This document shows positions 38,176 to 50,339 of a stretch of DNA of 64,000 bases, piece after piece. The notes below the pieces were generated by a model that was not told where the DNA came from, ran no database searches, and worked only from the letters and a program-made list of their open reading frames with translations. Numbering within the stretch: position 1 is the first letter of the stretch; each line of letters begins with the position of its first letter. The position numbers were made by a program, and so were the translations under genes. Source of the DNA: Octopus sinensis (taxonomy: Eukaryota); NCBI RefSeq assembly GCF_006345805.1, contig NC_043001.1, forward strand, positions 125,116,001-125,180,000, written 5' to 3'.

Positions 38176-38732
38176 CATATATATATTATTCATGCACTAT
38201 GCTTGTCTCTCTCCCCACCCCCTGCTCCTGCAGCCCAATGATACTTTTTTTATTTATCCCTCTCTCTCTTCTCCTCCTGCTGTCAACTGTACCATTGCTA
38301 TCTTGCTACGCCCCTATACATCTGTGTTCACCACTTCCTGCACTCCCCCTTTTCCTACCCTCTCCTATTTTGCACTTTGTTGAACTCCCTTGCTTACTCA
38401 CCCTGTTCAATTAATCCTACACCTACTACTCCACTTACATTCAGTTCCTTATACCTGATTATTCCAGAAATAATGTTAAATATCTTCAAAAAGAAACAAA
38501 AAACAAAATTCTCTTTTTATTCTTTTATTTGTTTCAGTCATATAATTGTGACCATGCTGGAGCACTGCCTTAAAGGGTTTTTTTTTTTTTTAATTGAAGA
38601 AATCAACCCCAGGGCTAATTCTTTGTAAGCCTAGTATTTATTCTGTCGATCCCTTTTGCTGAACACTAAGTTACAAGGGCATAAACACACTAGTATTGGT
38701 TGTCAAGTGATGGTGAGTAGACAAAAACAGAA

Positions 38733-38770
<38 letters not shown>

Positions 38771-38837
38771 TCTCAGTGGTTTTTCAGCATGCTGGACACC
38801 ATCCCGGAAATTCTGCGTACCCGTGCTAACATTTGTA

Positions 38838-38894
<57 letters not shown>

Positions 38895-39095
38895 AGTTAA
38901 TCCAAACAAGAAAGCACAAAAAAAACACAACAATGCGAGGACGTGGAACAAATATAGTATTATTGGACGCTCAGGAAAGAAGGAAAGAAGGAGGGTATAT
39001 ATGTATATATATATATATACATATATATATACATATATACATGTATACACACTCACATATATACATGTATCTGTAAATATATGTATATATGTGTG

Positions 39096-39143
<48 letters not shown>

Positions 39144-39155
39144 TACATACATACA

Positions 39156-39214
<59 letters not shown>

Positions 39215-39799
39215 TATAAAATTAAATAAGGGTAGAAATTGATATTAATCAATTAAAACCAGTGGCCTAGCATATTTAAAAAGTCCGAAGATTAAAAATT
39301 TTTTTACATACAAAATTTAGAGGATTGACCACTAAAAGTGGACAGCCTGTATGCTAGATACAGACGTCAAAATCGCCATTTTCCACAGAGAATGTGTTCT
39401 CAAGAAAAAAATTGAGCAAAAAACCAAAGCGTAAAAATTTTATTTTGTGTATTTTCATTTGTTATGCTTACTTTTACGCTTTGGTTTTTTGCTCAATTTT
39501 TTCTTGAGAACACATTCTCCGTGGAAAATGGCGATTTTGACGTCTATATCTAGCATACAGTCTGTCCACTTTTAGTGGTCAATCCTCTAAATTTTATATA
39601 TATCATATACATATAAATGACAGTCTTCTTTCAGTTTCTGTCTACCAAAACCACTCACAAGGATTTGGTCAGCCCAAGACTATAGTAGAAGACACTTGTC
39701 CAAGGTGCCCATGCAGTGGGACTGAACCTGGTGCTAAGTGGTTGGGAAGCAAGCTTCTTACCACACAGCCATGCCTGTGCATATATTGGTATACTGTTA

Positions 39800-40005
39800 T
39801 CACGCTGGGCGAAAAGCTTAGAGGTATTTCGTCTGCCGTTACGTTCTGGGTTCAAATTCCGCCGAAGTCGACTTTGCCTTTCATCCTTTCGGGGTCGATA
39901 AATTAAGTACCATTTGCACACTGGGGTCGATGTAATCAACTTAATCCGTTTGTCTGTCCTTGTTTGTCCTCTCTGTGTTTAGCCCCTTGTGGGTAGTAAA
40001 GAAAT
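39800..40005 (+). mobile_element. SINE family B (a SINE A fragment lies on the minus strand at 39615-39780)
   Basis: Family motifs. Confidence 0.8.
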
Positions 40006-40463
40006 ATATATTGGTATATTCTACAAATCACATTGCTTCAATAATTTTGACATGTCTCAACAAGAAATAGTTTCAAACGTGACATCCCTCAACAAAAGAT
40101 AGTTTCGTTTATAAAACTGATTTCCTCAGTTAAGGCTAATAAAATTTTAAGTGGATATATCTGGTTTACGTAGTAAAACGGTTAAGCATGGAAAACAATT
40201 GCAAAATAACCACAAATCTGCCTTCAATTTAACAGATTATTAATAGGCACACCTTCCTTGTTGTTAGTTCTTTAAATCTAGGGTTTAGAGTTTACTATGT
40301 GTGTATCTATGTGTGTGTGCATGTGTGTGTGTGGGTGTGTGTGTGTGAATGAGTGTATGTGATGTGGACATGCATGTGTATATATGTATACACACTCACA
40401 TATATACATGTATCTGTAAATATATGTATATATGTGTGTAAATATATATATATTGTACATACT

Positions 40464-40515
<52 letters not shown>

Positions 40516-40538
40516 CATATATATATATAATATATATA

Positions 40539-40587
<49 letters not shown>

Positions 40588-41016
40588 CTATATATATATA
40601 TATATAAACACACACACATATATATATTAAATTAGAGATAAAACCATTATTAGGCAAATCAAACAGTGAAAAACATAAACCAAAACATAGAAATAAATTT
40701 AATTAATATAATATACAAAATATATAAAATATAATATTCAAAATTTAAATTATTTAGATTAAAAGTTAAAAATTAAAAAAAAATTTTAATTATTAATTTA
40801 TACTTATAAATTTATATATATAATATATAATATATATTATTATTTTTATTTATATTTTTATTTTTATTTTTTATTTTTTATTTTTTATTTATTTAATTAT
40901 ATTTATTTATTTAAATTTATGGATATACATATATACATATACACACATACATATATATAAATAGTCCTCTATTTACCTAATATCAAGGTCTCATTCTTTT
41001 GTTGTCACTTTATATA

Positions 41017-41078
<62 letters not shown>

Positions 41079-41089
41079 GTATATATATA

Positions 41090-41153
<64 letters not shown>

Positions 41154-41884
41154 AACAAAAGAACGAGACCTTGATATTAGGTAAATAGAGGACTATTTAT
41201 ATATATGTAGGTGTGTATATGTATATATGTATATGTGTGTGCATATGTAAAATTTACACACCACATACACAAAGAGATCAAAATAGACATGTGTGTATGA
41301 GTGTGTGTGTGTGAACACATAAATAACTATATGTGTAATATGGCTTATTCATCTGCTTGTTTCTTTTCTTTTCTTTTCTTTCATTTTTTTTCGATTTGTC
41401 TATTTACATATTTCGGGTGGAAAACATGAAATCACACTTCTAGCAGCCAAAATTCCACATGAAAATAATCAATCGCTGGAAACTATATTATGGTTATCGG
41501 TTTCACTCATATGCTCTATGGTTGATTGAATGAATAGTTTAATGATGACGGGGTAGGTGACGGAGGTTGTTTGTTGGTTGATTGGTCGGGTGTTTGATTA
41601 TTGAGAGCGTAAGATAAACTAAAATAAAATAGTCACCAATTTATTCATGCTATTCCCTCCACTGACGTAACCATGGTATCATTTTCTTTATATTTAACAT
41701 TGTGACGTAACATGTTGATACCCAATGGAACAAAGAAAAGTCACCTAGAGCAGCTTTGCATAGCCATTGCTAACAGCAGTGAGCCATGAACAACGCCCAA
41801 TGCTAGCCTTCTGGAGCCGGATGCAGATAGTCGTAGTAGAGTTAACAACCACAGAGCTTGTGTTTTCATAACACACAGACACAG

Positions 41885-41934
<50 letters not shown>

Positions 41935-42083
41935 GCATGTGTGTGCATGTGCTACTCTATTTCACATACATAGAAATATCTAAATATGTCTTAGATGAAA
42001 ATATGAAATACATACATAAATACATACATACATACACTTAGATAGATAGATAGATAGATAGATAGATTGATTGACAGAGAGAC

Positions 42084-42130
<47 letters not shown>

Positions 42131-42141
42131 CAGATAGATAG

Positions 42142-42194
<53 letters not shown>

Positions 42195-42199
42195 CAGAC

Positions 42200-42244
<45 letters not shown>

Positions 42245-42299
42245 GATAGATAGATAGACAGAGAGACAAACAAACAGACAGTGATAGAGTGGCAAATAG

Positions 42300-42339
<40 letters not shown>

Positions 42340-42509
42340 ATATATAATATATATATGTATATTATATGTGTATATATATTATATATATATATATAATATA
42401 TATAATATATATATATATATATATTATATGTATATATATATATATTATATATTATATGTATATATATATATATATCCATTTATATATATATATATTATAT
42501 ATGTGTATG

Positions 42510-42541
<32 letters not shown>

Positions 42542-42583
42542 CACATGTATCTATCTATCTATCTATCTCTCTCTCTCTTCCTC

Positions 42584-42646
<63 letters not shown>

Positions 42647-42692
42647 CAGCCACTACTCATTCTTTCTTTTCTCTCCTTGTTTCTTTCTGTGT

Positions 42693-42733
42693 TCCTGTCT
42701 GTGGAAGAGTGTAGGCTCGAAACGTTAAAGACT
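42693..42733 (+). ncRNA. Hammerhead-ribozyme-like motif (variant core) in a Penelope-type repeat
   Basis: CTGTGGA-A-GAGT gtag GCTC-GAAA-CGT-TA-AAGAC; stem II and palindromic AACGTT present; core A6 substituted and stem I weak. Confidence 0.35.
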
Positions 42734-43048
42734 TTTTCACTTCCCGAGAATTATACTAATACATCTGTTTGTCTTCTACACCACCTGTCTTCGTCTTTTT
42801 TTTTTTTTTTTTGTGAATTCTCCCTATCAGGAGTGGCTGTGTGGTAAGTAGCTTGCTTACCAGCCACATGGTTCTGGGTTCAATCCCACTGTGTGGCACC
42901 TTGGGCAGATGTCTTCTACGAAATCCACTCACGAGGCTTTGGTCAGCTCGACACTATAGTAGAAGACACTTGCCCAAGGTGCCATGCAGTGGGACTGAAC
43001 CCAGAACCATGCGGTTGGTAAGCAAGCTACTTACCACACAGCCACTCC

Positions 43049-43114
<66 letters not shown>

Positions 43115-43487
43115 ATATATATATATATATATCTGAAGCTGGCAAATAACATGACTGCCCAAAATCAAGATCTTTAGTGAAAAACTACTTTATGTATGAA
43201 TGTACCTGATGTGACCCGACTGCAAGATTGATGCAACATAGTATAAATGTCAGCATCCCACCCACAAAGGATAGTTTCAAGGATGGGTCAAAATGATCGT
43301 CGTACAAAATGATGAGTTATACCAATTCCAATATTCTGTTTCAGCACAATTTCACATCAGGAATCTTACATCATATTTATTTATATACATATATATACAT
43401 AAATACATGTATTTATATATATATATATATATATGTGTGTGTGGTTGGTAAGCAAGCTACTTACCACACAGCCACTCCTATATATAT

Positions 43488-44140
43488 AGGCGCAGGAGTG
43501 GCTGTGTGGTAAGTAGCTTGCTAACCAACCACATGGTTCCGGGTTCAGTCCCACTGCGTGGCATCTTGGGCAAGTGTCTTCTGCTATAGCCCCGGGCCGA
43601 CCAAAGCCTTGTGAGTGGATTTGGTAGACGGAAACTGAAAGAAGCCTGTCGTATATATATATATAAGTGTGTGTATATATGTTTGTGTGTCTGTGTTTGT
43701 CCCCCTAGCATTGCTTGACAACCGATGCTGGTGTGTTTACGTCCCCGTCACTTAGCGGTTCGGCAAAAGAGACCGATAGAATAAGTACTGGGCTTACAAA
43801 GACTTGCTTGACTAAAGGCGGTGCTCCAGCATGGCTGCAGTCAAATGACTGAAACAAGTAAAAGAGTAAAAGAGTAAAGAGTATATATATATATATACTC
43901 TTTAAGGTTTAAGGCGGCGAGCTGGCAGAAATGTTAGCACGCCGGGCGAAATGCATAGCCGTATTTCGTCCGCCGTTACATTCTGAGTTCAAAATCCGCT
44001 GAGGTCGACTTTGCCTTTCATCCTTTCGGGGTCGATAAATTAAGTACCAGTTACACACTGGGGTTGATATAATCGACTTAATCTGTTTGTCTGTCCTTGT
44101 TTATCCCCTCTGTGTTTAGCTCCTTGTGGGTAGTAAAGAA
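43488..44140 (+). mobile_element. SINE A (43488-43880) followed by SINE B (43912-44140)
   Basis: Family heads and tails. Confidence 0.9.
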
Positions 44141-44394
44141 ATATATATATATATATGAAGAATAAAATGTTTTGAATGACACAACAACAATACACCATAA
44201 TACAAACTATAGACTATAATAACTGTTGTAATTTAATTATCCATAGACTATGGATGATTAAATTACTGCAGTTATTATAGACCATTGTTTGTTTTATAGT
44301 GTATTGTTGTGTAATTCAAAACATTTTATTCTTTGCAAACAATATGCAATGCTCCAATACTCTCCTATATATACATGTGTGTGTGTTTGTGTGT

Positions 44395-44943
44395 GTGTTA
44401 AATAAAATGAGACAGCAAAGCCAAGGGCTATGTGGAATTTTCCGGACATTTATAAAAATAAAGTTAGTCTTACAGCTATTTCTGGAATATTAGGGATAAG
44501 CCCTTCATTAGAGACAATGTGAGATGGTTAAATACAGGGAAATAGTAGAGTTCAGTATAAGGAGTTATTTTGGAAAAGGATCGAAATAAGAAGTATAAAG
44601 GGAAATAAGAGAATAAAATGAAAAAATTTAAAAAAATTTTTTAAATAAAAATATATGTAGGATATCATAGTTGCAGTTCCATCCTACATACATTTTAAAT
44701 CTTTTCTATTATTTATTTTTACTGTTATTCTCCTATTTCCCTTTATACTTCTTATTTCCATCCGTTTCTGAAATAACCCCTTATATTGAACTCTACTATT
44801 TCCCTTTATTTAACCATTTCACATTATCCCTGATGAAGGGATTTCCTTGATATCCCAGAAACAGCTGTAAGACTAACTTTCTCTTTATAAATGTCCTGAA
44901 AATTCCACACAGCCTTGGCTTTGTTGTCTCATTTTATTTAACA
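44395..44943. repeat. Long inverted repeat (arms ~265 bp, 17-nt loop), probably paired Penelope-type pLTR fragments
   Basis: 44395-44663 is the inverse of 44681-44943. Confidence 0.8.
44824..44874 (+). ncRNA. Type I minimal hammerhead-ribozyme-like motif (mirror copy on minus strand at 44467-44515)
   Basis: CTGATGA (44830-44836), stem II GGGAT/ATCCC, GAAA (44858-44861), palindromic CAGCTG, TA site; stem I GTCT/AGAC is intact only in the minus copy. Confidence 0.5.
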
Positions 44944-45006
44944 TATACATGCTCATACAAGACCCTCATTAGACTCCACACTCGTATTATTATTGAACCA
45001 AGAGTT

Positions 45007-45049
<43 letters not shown>

Positions 45050-45071
45050 TTATATAATAATATATATATAT

Positions 45072-45129
<58 letters not shown>

Positions 45130-45175
45130 CATATATATATATATATATATAATATATATATATATATATGTGTGT

Positions 45176-45590
<415 letters not shown>

Positions 45591-45925
45591 GTGGTACCTT
45601 CACTCATAAGTTTAATTCCTTTCATGATGGAGCCCATAATTCAAATTTCCCCATTGAAATTAATTGAAATGCCATTAATCCATTCTGAGCTTCTATCCCC
45701 ACACCCATAAAACACAGAAATTATTTTGTTTGCATATTTTTAAATAAGAAAAATGTACTAATAAATAACAAATATTGTATACTCTTTTTACTCTTTTACT
45801 TGTTTCAGTCATTTGACTGTGGCCATGCTGCAGCACTGCCTTTTAGTCAAGCAAATCGATGCCAGGACTTATTCATATCCTTAATTGCTTTATCTATCTG
45901 GGTACTGTCGATTCAGATAGCTGGT

Positions 45926-45959
<34 letters not shown>

Positions 45960-45996
45960 TTACATATATGTGTATGTACATATATGTGTGTGTATG

Positions 45997-46027
<31 letters not shown>

Positions 46028-46072
46028 ATATGTATATTGCATATTATATATACATATGCATATATACATTTG

Positions 46073-46111
<39 letters not shown>

Positions 46112-46151
46112 AATACAAACACACATATACATATATATATACACACACATA

Positions 46152-46531
46152 CACTACCGTCAGAAATTAATTAGCACCCTTGATTTGCTCTTCACTCAAG
46201 GTATGTGCTGTCACCTAGTGGCCATATCTCGAACTATTGCTTTGTTGCGAGTTCACTGTTGCGCAGAACGATGACGTAACTTTGTTTGCAGAGCAGTTTG
46301 AGAGTCTACACCCTTATGATGTTGACATAGCAGTGCAACAACAACTTGGAGTGCAGATGCAGACAAATCTTCCTTTGTTTAATAGATATAGGTAGCGCCT
46401 CGCAAGGACCGAAATCACACCATACTAAGTTTTCTCATCGCGTAAGACGTTTTGAACAGCTCATAGGTTAATTGATTTAACCTATTTAATGTAGAAATTT
46501 GAGAAGTGCTAATTAATTTCTGATGCAAGTG
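46152..46531. mobile_element. Tc1-type MITE
   Basis: 26-bp TIR CACT..C.TCAGAAATTAATTAGCAC; TA TSDs. Confidence 0.85.
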
Positions 46532-46583
46532 TACATACACTACATACAAACACACATATACATATACATATGTGTGTGTGTGC

Positions 46584-46652
<69 letters not shown>

Positions 46653-47089
46653 TCCATGAAATACATGAGCAATGATTGTTCTTCCCTTGTTCAGTAACAA
46701 AACAACTTAATGTATAAACTATATGAAGTGTATTGTATTAATTTACCATCTTTTTTTCTTCCCCACAACATGCAATGACACATTTTTAAAATTTTACATT
46801 TGCTTCTAAATGAGAACTTACTATGTTATGCATAAAAAAAGAAAGAGCCTAAAAAAATCGTATGTGCCTTTACTACCGGCTTCCTGTGTTATCATTGGTG
46901 TCATCTGTTGGTTAATTATCTCATCACAACAGAATGCTGACCTCCTTACTGACTTGATGACAGCAAGATATGATTAAATAAGACATGTCACATGAACAGC
47001 AAGAAGTTGACAAATGATTTAAGATTAAGTCATTAGATGCAATTTTTAATTTGTAGGTTCTCTGCTGAAGGTAACATGTTGTGCCTGCT

Positions 47090-47114
47090 ATCATCGTTGT
47101 CATCGTCATCATCG

Positions 47115-47150
<36 letters not shown>

Positions 47151-47217
47151 GCATCATCGTCGTCGTCACCGTCATCATCATCATCATTCTCATCATCATC
47201 ATCATCATCATCATCAT
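47090..47217. repeat. (CAT/CGT)n microsatellite
   Basis: Direct inspection. Confidence 0.95.
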
Positions 47218-47649
47218 AATTCACTTTTCAATGATTTAAAGCATATCCTCCAATATTACATCCCTCGGGTTTTAATCACATATTTATATGAATGTTACTG
47301 CTCTACTTTCTCACAAAATGTTTTTTTTTAAATTTTTCTTCTTAAAGCCAAGCAAATGGCATTAATTAGAAACCTAGTTGATGAACTCAATTATAACCCT
47401 ATATAAAACAAAAAGAAATACATTCTGGACTTTTATTTTTTCATGAGTAATGTAAGTGCAAAGCCCCTATGGCCTATGATCAGATGTAGAAACTGAATCC
47501 TGTTCATCAGTAGCCAAGAACTCAACTGTGTGTATAGAAACAGGCCTGGTAGAACTAGCCACTGAGTATCTGCTTGCTGGTTTATTATGGGAGTCACAAA
47601 GAAAGATGTAGTTGATAAAGGGGAATATTTGACAATATTCCTGCCAGTT

Positions 47650-48100
47650 AAAGTGGTGTGCTGGCAGAATCATTAGCATGCTGGGCGAAAAATGTTTAGC
47701 AGTATTTTGTCTTTCTTTGTATTCTGATTTTAAATTCCACTGAGGTCAACTTTGCCTTTCATATTTTTGGGGGTTGCTAAAATAAGACCAGTTAAATACT
47801 GGGGTGGATATAATTGACTATCCCCCTTCTCAAAAAATTACCGGTCTTATGCCAAAATTCAAAATCAATATTCCTGCAAGTTAAGACAGTGAGCTGGCAG
47901 TATCATTAGCATTCTGGGAAAAATGCTTAGCAGTATTTTGACTCTTTGTGTTCTGAGTTCAAATCCCGCTGAGGTAGACTTTGTTTTCGTTCTTTTGCTG
48001 TTGATGAAATAAGGACCAGTTGAATACTGGGGTCGATGTAATTGACTTTCTCCCTCTCCCAAAATCACTGGCCTTGTACCAAAATTTGAAGCCAATGTTC
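47650..48100 (+). mobile_element. Two tandem old SINE family B variants
   Basis: GCTGGCAG.ATCATTAGCA..GAGGT.RACTTTG..ACTGGGGT motifs occur twice. Confidence 0.7.
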
Positions 48101-49059
48101 CTGCTAGTCATAAGGACACAGTTCCAAGATAGTCTCATAAAGAAGTAAGATACAGATTGTATATTGAAATAATGGATCAGCAAGATGTGAAACTACTAAG
48201 TGCACTGATGGGGGAACAGAATATCAAAAAGTTGTTGAAACTCACATCTAAAGTGTTCATCAAATGTGTTTGAAATCATAGCAAATTTCTTCATTGAATA
48301 CAGCCAAAACAAAGGCATCTGAAGCACCGTTACTACATATGATGTGCAATAGAAACAAGCAATGCGACAAGACACCTAATAAACTACTGGTTCTGAAATG
48401 AAGAACCTATTCAGCTGCAATAAGCTATTCATTTCATAAAGTGCAACTTATGTTGAATAAATCAATCTTTGCTTTCACAACGATGACTAAGAAGCTGTTG
48501 GTCAAAGCTATCCATATTGATTTTGAAAACGAATCTCCTCAGTTCAAGCTGCCTCCTTCAGATGTGATACTTCAGTTGATCGAGTGTAGAAATACAATTA
48601 GTTTCTGCAACCAAAAATTATAAATGATCTCAGTAAACAAGGTGCAAACTCCTTGGGAATCGGTAAAGGAACTTAGGCTTGTGCAGCAGGACATGTGCAA
48701 GCTCTTTCCAAAGCTTTTGAGTAGAGTGTGATGCTGAAAATATAAATCATTAACAACTCCTAGAGAGAACAAGGATATTGGAGATGTAAAGGTTTATGGA
48801 CAGAGCTGGATTATGTGAGAGAAGAGCTTGGTCCAGAAGTAACCAATGGTGAAGCCAAAATATGCAGTGCATATCACTGGAACTTGCATTCAAGGATGTC
48901 TGTATATCAGTCCCAGAGAATCAATATAAGATGGTGAGACAAGAGTCAAAATTGTTTAACACTGGCATGTTAATTTTCAGTTACAAATAATCTACAATTA
49001 TTGGTGGTGGAGGGAAGTGGCACCTCACTTGCTGCTCTAGAATGCACTATAAATGTTTG

Positions 49060-49760
49060 ATTATATTGAGATCCAGTGATTATTGGGGATAATCCAAGTG
49101 GTTTACTTTACATTTGTGCTCTTTGTACCAATTTTGAATAACATTAATTGTGTGAATTGGTGCATTATTGTCCTGGAAAACTGATCTACCCTCAGAGAAT
49201 AATGTTTGCAATACAGGATAGATATGATCAGCCAAAATACTCAGATAATCCTCTGCCTTGTTAAACAACTAAAGGGATACGACTACCAAAACCCTCACAG
49301 ACCCAGTTCCATACTTCATGGCAGGGGCCAAACAGTCAGGGTTGGAGGCTTCTTTGGGTTATCTCAAGCTGTAAACTTCTACTGAAGTACGAAAGAGATT
49401 GAATGTTGAATTATCAGAGAAGACAACATTGTTCCATTGAGACACTAACCCCTTCTGATAGTCTAGACACATTTTTTTCCCTCTTATCAATCTTGATGGG
49501 GGACAGGAGATGTTTAGCGATTTCAACCCTCTTCTGATATCCAGCTGTATGGAGCACACAACGAATGGTCTAGGTTGGCACAAGATTGGCCAAGTGGTTT
49601 AGCTTTGTTGTTACTTTTGTTGCCATAGTTTGATAATTTTTTGATTCAATATATTTCACTATTCTGTGGTTCCCCCCTGTGACCTTTGCCTACTCTCTAG
49701 AATTACACTTGCCAGAGAATGCTTTTACCTTGGTTTTGGAATACCAACATGAATTTAGAA
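49060..49760 (-). mobile_element. Tc1 transposase remnant
   Basis: WNNVVFSDNSTFNLF and SVFQDNNAPIHT motifs. Confidence 0.75.
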
Positions 49761-50339
49761 ATTGTACTTCTTGAAACATTAAACAACATTAACTTAGCGG
49801 TTCGGCAAAAGAGACCAATAGAATAAGTACTAGGCTTACAAAGAATAAGTCCTGGGGTCAATTTGCTCGACTAAAGGCGATGCTCCAGCATGGCCATAGT
49901 CAAATGACTGAAACAAATAAAATAGTAATTCAGTAGTTTTACTGCCATCAATACTCCATCCACTTGTCTGCTCTGGAAATCAGAAAGATCAAAAATTTTA
50001 ACTTATCTAAATATAAATAATTGCAAAAAGAAAGAAAGGAAAACAGATGACAGCATGTTAGGTAGAAGTTCTTAACTACTATGCTTTTCCTAGGAATTTG
50101 TCTTTCTCTCCATGACTCCTTGCATCAATGAATAAAATTCCCTCCCAAATTTTAAATAAAATCTAAAATATGTTTTTAGTCTTTTTATTGAATATGAATT
50201 AGTCACATTATACAAAATATGTATAAGTTTATATATAATCACATTATACAAAAGGTGAGATATTTAACACTGCTTCTTAGCAAAAAAAAGTTGTTGCTTT
50301 TTGTATCGAATATGAATCAGTCAAATTATTAGTGAGATA

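Noticed and set aside
48150-48800. Possible very old LINE RT remnant; also coiled-coil-like text at 58500-59300
   Set aside because: Only isolated motif fragments (SKAFE, GDSFS) on conflicting strands; cannot be supported.
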